From an uncultured archaeon (GTDB lineage Archaea; Iainarchaeota; Iainarchaeia; Iainarchaeales; CSSED10-239), in the NCBI GenBank assembly GCA_964496765.1, contig CAZCAP010000001.1, positions 83,814-115,813 of the forward strand: 32,000 nt of DNA, written 5' to 3'. The position numbers were made by a program, and so were the translations under genes. Each line of letters starts with the position of its first letter. Positions within the stretch are counted from its first letter, which is position 1. Below the pieces are notes generated by a model that worked only from the letters and a program-made list of their open reading frames with translations, had not been told where the DNA came from and made no database searches. Below are positions 17,808-27,246 of the stretch, piece by piece.

Positions 17808-18868
17808 TCCTCAAACTCTATTTCTGGTCTTTCTAAATTAAAAAGATCTGTGTAATAGATGTAAGCTCCTGCATTTAAAAAAATTAATTTAGCTCCTATC
17901 TTCGGTTCTTTTCCTTCTTTGAAATACACCCTATACCTAAATATATCTTCTGATGCTGGGGTTAATCCCTTTATTGTGAAAGGAGTTCCTTTTTCAGCAT
18001 CCACATCATCAACCTCACCATCAACCAATAATTTAATGTGGGTTACAAGTGTATCCATTGATGAATTGAAAAGAGAAGCGTCTATAAAGATGGTATTATC
18101 CACAATATTCTTGATTGTACTAACAAGCTTACCAGCAGGAGCAGCAATTGCTCTTCCTGGCTCAATAATTAATTGAATATTATTTTTATTTACAAAAGTT
18201 TTTAGTTCTTTTATTTCTTTGTAAACATTATCAATTACAGAAACACTTATGTTCTTGTAGGGAACAGGAATTCCTCCACCAATATCTAAATATTTAATTA
18301 TACTTATTGTTTCTTTGGTTAATGAATCAGATAATTCATTAATTAATTCCCATTCAGATAGATTTTGAGTTTTTCTATGAACATGCACACCAAGTGCTTC
18401 AATTTTTTTATTACCTTTTAGTTTAGAAATTAATTCATTTACTTCTTTGGAATAGAATCCATAAACAAAATACCTTCCTGTTTGAATTGTGTATTCTTTT
18501 AATCTCATTCTTAAAAGAAGAGTGATTTTTGTTTCTTGGGAGGTATCACTGTCCAAGAAATATAACAAGTTATTTAAATCATTTTGATTATCAACAATAA
18601 ATTTATTTATTTTATTTTTAAATAAAATATCAAGTTCTTCTTTTTCTGGAGAATGGAGCATAAACCAAATCTTTGTTTTATCTTTAACATAGATTAATTC
18701 GTTTATATGATGAAGTAGGAAACTTGATGTTGTGTTGTCTTCCAGGATTGTTGTGAGATATGGATTAGATTTAACACTATAGGCAATAATATTTGATAAT
18801 TCACTTAATTTATTATACTCTGATATTACCTTTGACTTTGAAAATATAAATTTTGCTTTTGACAACAT
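17804..18868 (-). CDS. Fold-type III PLP-dependent decarboxylase (ornithine/arginine/DAP decarboxylase superfamily)
   Basis: YSVKSNPY (PLP lysine), HVHRKTQ, DIGGGIP, EPGRAIAAPAG, NAGAYIYYTDLF. Confidence 0.88.
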   Translation of the reverse strand: MLSKAKFIFSKSKVISEYNKLSELSNIIAYSVKSNPYLTTILEDNTTSSFLLHHINELIYVKDKTKIWFMLHSPEKEELDILFKNKINKFIVDNQNDLNNLLYFLDSDTSQETKITLLLRMRLKEYTIQTGRYFVYGFYSKEVNELISKLKGNKKIEALGVHVHRKTQNLSEWELINELSDSLTKETISIIKYLDIGGGIPVPYKNISVSVIDNVYKEIKELKTFVNKNNIQLIIEPGRAIAAPAGKLVSTIKNIVDNTIFIDASLFNSSMDTLVTHIKLLVDGEVDDVDAEKGTPFTIKGLTPASEDIFRYRVYFKEGKEPKIGAKLIFLNAGAYIYYTDLFNLERPEIEFEE

Positions 18869-18881
18869 AGTTTAAACCATT

Positions 18882-19538
18882 TTATTTTATTTCACAAACA
18901 TATTCAGGGAAACTATCAACTAAATCTGTTGTTGACATCTTTTTTGGCTCCAATAAACCAGTTTTTTTGTTTTTAACTAAATAATCTATAACTCCTTTTT
19001 TAAAATTAAGATGAGTGACCTTCTCAATCCCTAAAGATAAAAGATCTGTTCTATACAAAATAACCGCTCCCTTACTTGTTGGCTTAAATCCAAGATGCTC
19101 TGCAAATCCAGGAAAGCTTTCAAACATCCAAGTATTTATAACTATTTTTTTAATATTATTTTTTTTACAATGTTTTTTAAGATAATTAATTGAAGTTTTA
19201 ATTTGATGAAGATCGCTTATTGTTTTAGGACCCTTCCGCTCTATCTTTTCTATATATAATATTTTTCCATCTCGTTTTGATTCAACAAAATAATTTTTTG
19301 AAAAAATTCCAACATTATCTCTCCAAACAATAGTATGATAATTATTATTTTCAATGAAGCTATGACCTCTTTCATATATATCTCTAAATAGTTCTTTGTG
19401 TGATTTCCTAATTTTATCATTCTTGATTATATTTTCATTAATTACTACTTTTTTATTATACTTCTTATCTAAGTAATCAAATACTTCATTTACTCTTTCT
19501 TGTTTCCTAGTTGTTTTACGAAAAGGTATAAATCTCAT
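18882..19538 (-). CDS. Probable GNAT-like acyltransferase
   Basis: LYIEKIERKG...INYLKKHCKKNNIKKIVINTWMFESFPGFAEHLGFKPTSKGAVILYRTDL resembles the C-terminal part of GNAT fold; tentative. Confidence 0.5.
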   Translation of the reverse strand: MRFIPFRKTTRKQERVNEVFDYLDKKYNKKVVINENIIKNDKIRKSHKELFRDIYERGHSFIENNNYHTIVWRDNVGIFSKNYFVESKRDGKILYIEKIERKGPKTISDLHQIKTSINYLKKHCKKNNIKKIVINTWMFESFPGFAEHLGFKPTSKGAVILYRTDLLSLGIEKVTHLNFKKGVIDYLVKNKKTGLLEPKKMSTTDLVDSFPEYVCEIK

Positions 19539-19550
19539 ATAATCATCAAA

Positions 19551-20489
19551 TTACTTAATTATTCCTTCATTAACTAGATCATCCAATGCTTTTGTTATTG
19601 CTATTGGGAAAGTAATGGTCACGTCTCCAATCACAGTGACTGCGTCTGCATCATCCTTTATCTTACCCCAGGATTTTGCTTCATCTGTTGTTGCTCCTGA
19701 AAGTGAACCAGACTTAGGAGATGCAGTTGTCATATAGAGTGCATAGTCTGCTCCTCCGTTAATCAAAGTTGTTAAAATCACGTGATGCTTAGAAATTCCA
19801 CCACCAAGAGCAATTATTCCTTTCTTCTCATCATGACTTGTTGAAAAAATAATATCTTTAAAATCATTTATAATATCCACATTGAAATCAGGATGATCTT
19901 GTTTAAACATATAAAGATGGAACCCAAATGAACCATCAGTTATTGCAGGACAGAAAATTGGAACATTATTCTTTGCTGCTTGATAGAGAATAGAGTTTTC
20001 ATCATTTAATTTTAATCCAATCTCTTTAATCAATTCAGAGATTTGCCAAACTTTCTTAATACCATACAAATCCAATAAAAGTTTTTGCATCTTTCCTTCA
20101 AAATTAGAATAGCTCTCACTTGTTATATAAATATCCCCAACCCTATTATGTCCCTTCTCATATAATTCTTCATCATTTGAAGAAAAGGTACCTAAAATAA
20201 ACTTTTCTCCATCTGCTTTCATAATATCTTCTTCAATTGAACCAACAGTAGTTACAATAACATCACACATTTTTAATTTAATTAGTTGTGCAAAAAAACC
20301 TCTAAGTCCAGAAGTCACCATATTAGAAGTAAATGAAAAATATATTTTTGCTCCATTCTTTTTCATTTTTTTAATTAACTCACTAGCTCTATATAGTTCA
20401 TAGGATTGAAAACCAACCCCAGAATAGGAATTAACTAATTCTGATACTGTTAGTCCTTTCTTCCAAAATAAATCCTTTGTGTATTGCAT
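19551..20489 (-). CDS. dys: Deoxyhypusine synthase (start likely MQYTKDLFW; ORF extends to 20561)
   Basis: SGLRGFFAQLIK, TTVGSIEEDI, CPAITDGSFG, GGGISKHHVI...GGADYALYMTTA, SGATTDEAKSWGKI containing the catalytic-lysine context. Confidence 0.95.
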   Translation of the reverse strand: MQYTKDLFWKKGLTVSELVNSYSGVGFQSYELYRASELIKKMKKNGAKIYFSFTSNMVTSGLRGFFAQLIKLKMCDVIVTTVGSIEEDIMKADGEKFILGTFSSNDEELYEKGHNRVGDIYITSESYSNFEGKMQKLLLDLYGIKKVWQISELIKEIGLKLNDENSILYQAAKNNVPIFCPAITDGSFGFHLYMFKQDHPDFNVDIINDFKDIIFSTSHDEKKGIIALGGGISKHHVILTTLINGGADYALYMTTASPKSGSLSGATTDEAKSWGKIKDDADAVTVIGDVTITFPIAITKALDDLVNEGIIK

Positions 20490-20602
20490 AATTTTATCAC
20501 ATAATAAGTATATTATATATATTTTATGAGAAAAAGCAAATATAAATATATTTATTAACAAAAAGCAGACTTTTTAAACCTAATTTACATATAAATAGAT
20601 AT

Positions 20603-21247
20603 ATGCCTTTAAGAAAGCCAATATCTGTTCCAGAACCAAGAATATTTAAATATTCAGCTATTGGTAGAAACAAATTTTCAAAAAAATTAAAACTGGATCC
20701 AGAAATTAATCAAAAGGAAACAGCTCTACTTATATTACCAGGAAAAAATGGTATTCATGAAATTGCAAGAGAAAGAAGAAAAAAAGCAGTTGTTGTTGAT
20801 GATCAAAAACTTGAAAACAATTTAAATAATTTTTTTTTAAAGATGCATTCAAAGGGAATACTTAACTTTAGAAACAGAGCGCGTATTCTACACACCCACA
20901 TCATGGATTACAAAAAAGTAATCAAGGGTGTTGAGAAATTTGTTGCTCTCCCAAGCATTTCTGATATAAAGGATCTAATGAATAGCTATCAAAGACTAAG
21001 ACATGGCTATGAAATAATAGGTGTGTTTGATTCAAAAAGAAATGAATGTGGATACACAGTAATAAAAATAAACAGAGAAAAGATAAGTAAAGATAATCTT
21101 AAGTTTATTGCTGATCTTAAAGAAAACTCACAGGGGGATAAAGAAATTCTTTATTCTAGATTATCAAGAATGGGACTTGAGATATACTTTACTCCAGTGC
21201 CAGGATACAAGCTTGATAGAAATTTTAATTATGTTAAAGAAAAATAA
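20603..21247 (+). CDS. Uncharacterised protein with HTH-x(n)-LPSxxD motif (JAMM-like candidate)
   Basis: RARILHTHIMDYKKVIKGVEKFVALPSISDIKDLM...YEIIGVFDSKRNECGYTVIKI; C-terminal YFTPVPGYKL. Confidence 0.85.
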   Translation: MPLRKPISVPEPRIFKYSAIGRNKFSKKLKLDPEINQKETALLILPGKNGIHEIARERRKKAVVVDDQKLENNLNNFFLKMHSKGILNFRNRARILHTHIMDYKKVIKGVEKFVALPSISDIKDLMNSYQRLRHGYEIIGVFDSKRNECGYTVIKINREKISKDNLKFIADLKENSQGDKEILYSRLSRMGLEIYFTPVPGYKLDRNFNYVKEK

Positions 21248-21261
21248 AAAGAGGAAATTAA

Positions 21262-21444
21262 ATGACAAAAAGAATATATAGATCTAAAAAAGATATGATA
21301 CTAGGAGGAGTTTGTGGTGGATTTGCAAACTACTTTAATCTTGATCCGGTTTTAGTTAGGATTATATGGTTCGTCCTATGTTTCGTGGGAGGAATAGGAA
21401 TCATAGCATACATTTTATTTTGGATATTCACACCACTTAAATAA
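21262..21444 (+). CDS. PspC domain membrane protein
   Basis: MTKRIYRSKKDMILGGVCGGFANYFNLDPVLVRIIWFVLCF, typical PspC. Confidence 0.93.
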   Translation: MTKRIYRSKKDMILGGVCGGFANYFNLDPVLVRIIWFVLCFVGGIGIIAYILFWIFTPLK

Positions 21445-21463
21445 ATAAAAACAGGAGGGAAAT

Positions 21464-21889
21464 ATGATTAAACATTGTGTTGGTGCAGTAATCTATAACT
21501 CAGAAGGAAAGATTTTTCTAATGACCTCTGAAAAATGGGTTGGGTATATTGTTCCTGGTGGAAAAATAGAAGAGGGAGAGGATGAAATTAGTGCGCTTAG
21601 AAGAGAAATTAAAGAAGAACTTGGAATAGAAATAATAGATATTAAAAAAGTTGGAGAAAAAGTTAAATCTCCAAGTAAAGATTTTAAGAAAGATAGTACA
21701 ATAACAATTCATTTCATTGATTTCTTCGCAAAAGCAGAAAGCACGAGAATAATTCCAAATCAAGAAGTTAGTTCCTGGGATTGGTATTCAATTGATGATG
21801 CACTTAAGTTAGCTCTACTGGATACCACTAGAGAATTTATTGAAAAATTTAAGAAATATGTAACCAGTGGTTTAATTAGATTTGATTAA
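21464..21889 (+). CDS. Nudix hydrolase
   Basis: Nudix box GGKIEEGEDEISALRREIKEELGI. Confidence 0.94.
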   Translation: MIKHCVGAVIYNSEGKIFLMTSEKWVGYIVPGGKIEEGEDEISALRREIKEELGIEIIDIKKVGEKVKSPSKDFKKDSTITIHFIDFFAKAESTRIIPNQEVSSWDWYSIDDALKLALLDTTREFIEKFKKYVTSGLIRFD

Positions 21890-22502
21890 CCTGAGGCATA
21901 CCAAACTTAAAATTTGCTTGTGGAAAGTAATCAACCCTGGGAATCTTTGATTTTTGAAATCTTAGAATATCATCTTTTTCTGTTATTCCACTATTATGAA
22001 GCATTCCATTCATTTTTGCAAAGATTATATTTGTTGCAACACAATCCCCCATTGCCCTATGTGCCTGTGGGTTACTTACCTCAAAATAATCACACAAAGA
22101 AGCAAGCTTTCTTGATGCTAGATCAGGAAGTAGTCTTCTAGAAAGCCTAATTGTACACAAGCGATTATTCAAAAGAGATCTTTCTAAATGTTTTTCTGAA
22201 TTATGATTTATAAATCCAAAATCAAATCCAACATTATGTCCAACCATAACATCTTCTCCTAAAAAATTAAGAAATCCAGGAAGAACTTGTTTAATTGGTT
22301 TCTCATACCTAACCATTTCATTATCAATTCCTGTTAAATTAGTAATAAACTCAGGAATTAAACATTCTGGATTAACAAGAGATTGAAACTTATCAACAAC
22401 CCTATTGTCTCTTACTCTAAGAGCTGCAATTTCAGTTATCTTACAAAAATGTTTTGATAGTCCAGTTGTTTCAACATCAAGAACAACATAATCTGTAAGC
22501 AT
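21876..22502 (-). CDS. DEDDh-type 3'-5' exonuclease (DNA polymerase III epsilon-like)
   Basis: YVVLDVETTGL, VGHNVGFDFGF, HRAMGDCVAT. Confidence 0.92.
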   Translation of the reverse strand: MLTDYVVLDVETTGLSKHFCKITEIAALRVRDNRVVDKFQSLVNPECLIPEFITNLTGIDNEMVRYEKPIKQVLPGFLNFLGEDVMVGHNVGFDFGFINHNSEKHLERSLLNNRLCTIRLSRRLLPDLASRKLASLCDYFEVSNPQAHRAMGDCVATNIIFAKMNGMLHNSGITEKDDILRFQKSKIPRVDYFPQANFKFGMPQVNQI

Positions 22503-22629
22503 ATTTTATCTTTCCTTATTTAATTTATAGAAAATAGGTTTATCTTCTAGAAGATAGTAAAACAAAATATTTATAAAAAGATTTAAATTAAAAGAAAAAA
22601 AAAGAAAAAGGAAGGAAATTAGATGAGAT

Positions 22630-23739
22630 TTATATCTCATCTAAACCGAAATCATTATCGTATGATCTTCTAGATCCACCCTTTGATGGCATTTGAGGAG
22701 AGTTCTTTCCAGTGAACATTCTACTACCTTTAATGAATGGTGACTTTACTCCTGTAAAGATTGCAATTACTTCAATCTTGTTCTCAAATGTAGGATCTAT
22801 TCTTGCACCCCAGATAACAGCTGCGTTTGGATCAATCTCATCTGTTAACATTTCACCAACAGCGTTTGCTTCTCCAAGTGTTAATTCAGTTCCACCTGTA
22901 ATGTGTAATAAACAACCAGATGCTCCTGTAATATCAACATCTAAAAGTGCATTCTTTAATGTGTCTTCAACAACTTCTTCAATCTTATTAACTGATTGTG
23001 ATTCTCCAACAGCAATAACAGATAATCCCTTACCGCCCATTACTGTTCTTATGTCTGCATAATCTAAGTTAATTAATGAAGGCTGTGTTATTGTTTCTGT
23101 AATTCCTCTTACTGTTCTAGCAATTACTTCATCAGCAACCCTGAAAGCATCTTGCATTGGTAAGTTTGGAACTAATTCAACTAATCTATTGTTATCAATT
23201 ATAATTACTGTATCACAAACATCCTTTAGTAACATAATTCCTTCTTCAGCTTTTACTAATCTTGCTCTTTCAAGTGCGAATGGATATGTAACAATAGCAA
23301 CAACAATAGCTCCTTGTCCTTTAGCTATTTGAGCGATTACTGGAGATGCTCCTGTTCCTGTTCCTCCACCCATACCTGTTGTGATGAAAAGCATATCAAC
23401 ACCATCAAGTATTTCTTCAAGTGCGCCCTTTGAAACTTCAGCAGCCTTAGCTCCGATTTCTGGATAAGCTCCTGCACCAAGTCCGTTTGTAACTGATTTT
23501 CCAATTAATAATTTTGTAATATCATCTGAAATTATTCCTAAGTGTTGTCTATCTGTATTAACAGCAACTAATTCTGCACCAGCAACTCCCATAGCTGAAA
23601 TTCTGTTTACAGAGTTGTTTCCTGCACCACCAACACCAATTACCATAATCTTTGGAGCTGCAAATTCTTCATTCTTATTAAAAGTAGCAGATCCTCCTGA
23701 TCCCTGACTATCTACTGCACTCGTTACAATTGATTTCAT
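22630..23739 (-). CDS. ftsZ: Cell division protein FtsZ
   Basis: [13 protein letters not shown], tubulin signature [20 protein letters not shown]; SD-like GAGGTG upstream. Confidence 0.98.
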   Translation of the reverse strand: MKSIVTSAVDSQGSGGSATFNKNEEFAAPKIMVIGVGGAGNNSVNRISAMGVAGAELVAVNTDRQHLGIISDDITKLLIGKSVTNGLGAGAYPEIGAKAAEVSKGALEEILDGVDMLFITTGMGGGTGTGASPVIAQIAKGQGAIVVAIVTYPFALERARLVKAEEGIMLLKDVCDTVIIIDNNRLVELVPNLPMQDAFRVADEVIARTVRGITETITQPSLINLDYADIRTVMGGKGLSVIAVGESQSVNKIEEVVEDTLKNALLDVDITGASGCLLHITGGTELTLGEANAVGEMLTDEIDPNAAVIWGARIDPTFENKIEVIAIFTGVKSPFIKGSRMFTGKNSPQMPSKGGSRRSYDNDFGLDEI

Positions 23740-23869
23740 TTAATACACCTCATATCTTTTTTTTCTTATTTACTTAAATAAACAACTAGAAAAGGCAGAA
23801 AAACACTCCTTTTCAAATATAACTGCTATAATACAGTTATTTCTTAGATATTATATATATATGAAAGGT

Positions 23870-23877
23870 TTTATAAA
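23870..23877 (+). promoter_or_regulatory. TATA box of SRP RNA gene
   Basis: TTTATAAA centred ~26 nt upstream of the predicted RNA 5' end near 23900. Confidence 0.6.
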
Positions 23878-23899
23878 CCTATTGGTGCTTTACCTTTAT

Positions 23900-24168
23900 T
23901 TGAGCAGGTTGGGGGGTTTGTGGTCCCTTGTAACCGGAAATCCACATCACGCCGGAACTATACCTATTAGAAGGGGAACAAGCAATATGCTACCCTTTAT
24001 AAAATTGCTGACAATTCGTCCACGAAGATCGAATTTATTAGCTAACCCTGCCAGGTCCGGAAGGAAGCAGCAGTATTCTAATGGTTTGGTGCTTTATGGG
24101 TAACGGATTCGAGATCTTGTAAAGTCAAGTAGTAGATTAAACTGGTCTTCGACTAATGGGTGCTCATA
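23900..24168 (+). ncRNA. ffs: Archaeal SRP (7S) RNA
   Basis: GTTGGGGGGTTTGTGGTCCCTTGTAACCGGAAATCC 5' domain, CCAGGTCCGGAAGGAAGCAGC helix 8 motif, terminal helix TGAGCA/TGCTCA (23901-23906 with 24161-24166). Confidence 0.93.
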
Positions 24169-24445
24169 ATCTTTATTATTTCTGTTTCTTAAAAAAATCT
24201 TTGATTTATAGTTCTTTTTGTACTTAATTTTACTTAACACGATAAATAAGTGTAATATTAGCTTTAATTCTTAATCAAAGTGTATTTTTCCCTATTACAA
24301 AACAAGCTGAAAATCAAAGAAAAGTGAAATGTTTATATATATTTTTGTACATACTTATAATATATATAGCAAGATTACTTTTTCTAATCTTAATAAATTA
24401 AAATTAGTAATTAGTTGTTATTTAAAAAAGAGGAGTTGAAGCAAT

Positions 24446-26362
24446 ATGCAAAAAATAAAACTAACTTTCCCAGATGGTGCTATTAAAGAAGTAGAATCTG
24501 GAATCTCCTCTTCTGATGTAATAAAAAATTACATAGGGGAGAGGTTACTTCAAGCAGCAATAGCTGTTAAAGTAAATACAGTAACACAAGATCTAATTAC
24601 TCCTCTAACAACTGATTGCACTTTCCAAGTACTAACCTTCAAAGATGAAGAAGGAATAGAAATATTCAGACATTCTTCTAGTCATATTCTAGCTCTGGCT
24701 ATTAAAAAACAATTTCCAGAAGCTAAACTAGCTATAGGTCCAGCAATTGAAGATGGTTTCTACTATGACATAGATATTGATAAACCATTTAGTGAAGAGG
24801 ATCTAAGAAAAATTGAAGAAGAAATGAATAGAATAATTAAAGCTGATCTACCTTTTAAAAGAATAGAATCACCTTCAAATGAAGCAAAAAAGTATTTAAC
24901 AGGAGAACCCTATAAGCTTGAAATGATTGATGAGCTTAAGGCTTCTGGAGAAAAAATATCTATTTATTATCTTGGTAATGAATGGTGTGATTTATGTCTA
25001 GGACCACACGTTCCATCATCAGGAAAAATAAAAGCAATTAAATTACTTAGAACCTCAGGTGCCTATTGGAAGGGAGATAGTAAAAACAAACAACTTCAAA
25101 GGGTTTACGGTATTTCTTTTCCAGAAAAGAAAACTCTCGATGAATACCTAAAAATGCTTGAAGAATCACAGAGAAGAGATCATCGTAGAATAGGAAGAGA
25201 GATGGATTTATTCTCATTTCATGATGATGCACCTGGAATGCCTTTCTTCCATGATAAGGGAACATTCATTTGGAATACTCTTGTTGAGTATGTAACAGAA
25301 GTCATGAAAAAAAGAAATTATGAAATAAATAAAACACCAATAATCTTAAACAAATCTCTATGGTTACAATCAGGACATTGGGATCATTATAAGGATAATA
25401 TGTATTTTACAAAAATTGATGATCAGGATTTTGCAATTAAACCAATGAACTGTCCAGGAAATATATTAATCTATAAAACACATCAATATTCATATAGAGA
25501 TCTACCAATTAGAGCTGGTGAGTTTGGGTTAGTTCATAGGCATGAACTATCTGGTGCTCTTTCAGGTCTTTTCAGAGTTAGATGCTTTACTCAGGATGAT
25601 GCTCATGTTTTTTGTACGCAGGAACAAATTAAGGATGAAGCTAAAGATTTAATTTCATTTGTTGATGAGGTTTACAAAACATTTGGATTTGATTACACAA
25701 TGGAATTATCCACAAGACCAGAAAAAGCAATGGGTGATCCAAACCTATGGGAATCAGCAGAGAATACATTAAAAGAAGTTCTTGATGAAACAAAAAAAGA
25801 ATATAAGATTAATCACGGTGATGGTGCATTCTATGGTCCAAAGATAGATTTCCATTTAAAGAATGGATTTGGTAAGCCATGGCAATGTGGAACAATACAA
25901 CTTGATTTCCAAATGCCAGAGAAGTTTGATTTAACCTATGAAGGAGATGATAATCAAAAACATAGACCTGTTATGCTTCATAGAACAATCATAGGCTCCG
26001 TTGAAAGATTCATGGGTATTTTAATTGAAAAGTTTGAAGGGAAGTTTCCGCTATGGATTTCTCCAACTCAAATAACAATTCTTACAATTGCTGATAGGCA
26101 CAATGAATACGCAAAGGAACTAGAAAAAGAATTCAGATCTGCAGGCTTCAGTGTTTTAATGAGCATGGATGCAGAGACAATGAACAAGAAGATAAGAAAT
26201 GCAGAGGTTGCAAAAATAAACTATATTCTTGTTGTTGGAGACAAAGAACAGGAAAACAAAACAGTTAACGTAAGAACAAGAGATAATCAGATTCTTGGAG
26301 AAAAGAAAGTCTCTGATTTCATAAAAGAACTTCAGGAAGAAATTAAATCTAAAAAGATTTAA
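24446..26362 (+). CDS. thrS: Threonyl-tRNA synthetase, bacterial-type domain architecture (TGS + editing domain + catalytic core)
   Basis: N-terminal TGS-like domain, FRHSSSHILALAIK, KPMNCPGNILIYK, FGLVHRHELSGALSGLFRVRCFTQDDAHVF, C-terminal anticodon-binding domain. Confidence 0.97.
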   Translation: MQKIKLTFPDGAIKEVESGISSSDVIKNYIGERLLQAAIAVKVNTVTQDLITPLTTDCTFQVLTFKDEEGIEIFRHSSSHILALAIKKQFPEAKLAIGPAIEDGFYYDIDIDKPFSEEDLRKIEEEMNRIIKADLPFKRIESPSNEAKKYLTGEPYKLEMIDELKASGEKISIYYLGNEWCDLCLGPHVPSSGKIKAIKLLRTSGAYWKGDSKNKQLQRVYGISFPEKKTLDEYLKMLEESQRRDHRRIGREMDLFSFHDDAPGMPFFHDKGTFIWNTLVEYVTEVMKKRNYEINKTPIILNKSLWLQSGHWDHYKDNMYFTKIDDQDFAIKPMNCPGNILIYKTHQYSYRDLPIRAGEFGLVHRHELSGALSGLFRVRCFTQDDAHVFCTQEQIKDEAKDLISFVDEVYKTFGFDYTMELSTRPEKAMGDPNLWESAENTLKEVLDETKKEYKINHGDGAFYGPKIDFHLKNGFGKPWQCGTIQLDFQMPEKFDLTYEGDDNQKHRPVMLHRTIIGSVERFMGILIEKFEGKFPLWISPTQITILTIADRHNEYAKELEKEFRSAGFSVLMSMDAETMNKKIRNAEVAKINYILVVGDKEQENKTVNVRTRDNQILGEKKVSDFIKELQEEIKSKKI

Positions 26363-26367
26363 TTTTT

Positions 26368-27057
26368 TTATTTCCTTTTTTCTTTAAAACACATTGAACT
26401 TTTTTTAAATACAAATCCATCGTTTGCTAGAAATTTAATTGTAACACCAAATTCATTATAAATATCAAATAAAATCTTAGTAGATAGGCCAATCAACTGC
26501 TCTCTGTATTCATCTTTTGGCTTGTTGCCATCAAAATACTTATCTAATTTTCTTTTTTCAATTATTGCATCATATTCATTGATTGCTCTTTCTCGAATAT
26601 ATTTTTTTAATGTAAGATAATCTATTACCCCGGGTCTTTCTTTTCTAGTAAACATCTTCGCATAAATTTTCTGGAATAAACTATTATTATTTTTAAGAAC
26701 ATCTATTTTATTATTCATTATTTTATTATCTACTTTAAATACAATTGCACCCTGTACCTGTTTATCAGAAACAACTACAATCACATCACTATATTTTTTC
26801 TTAAGACCATAGGGTTTGAATATATCTAATATGCTTGGAAGTATTGCATCTTTATAATAGTGAGTATGTATATCATATCCTTTTCTATTAAGTACTAACT
26901 TTCTCTCAAGTACACTTCTAAAAGAATTAAAAAGTGTTTTTTTCAGTTCAACATTCCCTTTAACTGGTTTAAAAAAAGCAGCTTCTTTCCTATCAAATTT
27001 ATACAGTTGCTCCACCTGTTTCAGGATAGGTTTTCTTGACTTATTTACTAACTTCAT
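26368..27057 (-). CDS. Uncharacterised protein with HTH-x(8)-PSxxD-like motif (JAMM-like candidate)
   Basis: GYDIHTHYYKDAILPSILDIFKPY...DVIVVVSDKQVQGAIVFKV; C-terminal FGVTIKFLANDGFVFKK. Confidence 0.8.
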   Translation of the reverse strand: MKLVNKSRKPILKQVEQLYKFDRKEAAFFKPVKGNVELKKTLFNSFRSVLERKLVLNRKGYDIHTHYYKDAILPSILDIFKPYGLKKKYSDVIVVVSDKQVQGAIVFKVDNKIMNNKIDVLKNNNSLFQKIYAKMFTRKERPGVIDYLTLKKYIRERAINEYDAIIEKRKLDKYFDGNKPKDEYREQLIGLSTKILFDIYNEFGVTIKFLANDGFVFKKSSMCFKEKRK

Positions 27058-27246
27058 AAATTAATCCAAATTTATTATTTAATTAAATATCTAATGTCGG
27101 GAACTTGATTCAAATTTGCAAAGCATTAAGCACAAGATCCTAAATCATGGCTATTAAATAACTCAGGAATCTGTATATTATAAATATATTAGAAAAGATA
27201 TGTTTTTAAAAAGAAGTTAAAAAATAGTGATTCTATAAACCTAAAG

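Noticed and set aside
23882-24096. 11-nt direct repeat ttggtgcttta (23882-23892 and 24086-24096)
   Set aside because: One copy is upstream of and one within the SRP RNA; short and most likely coincidental in AT-rich sequence.
23861-24103. 80-aa plus-strand ORF
   Set aside because: Overlaps the SRP RNA; no protein family resemblance.
27062-27200. Possible tRNA-like or C/D RNA segment (gattcaaatttgc, aatcatggc)
   Set aside because: The T-loop-like string has no pairing stem, no acceptor helix was found, and no clear C/D boxes were seen.
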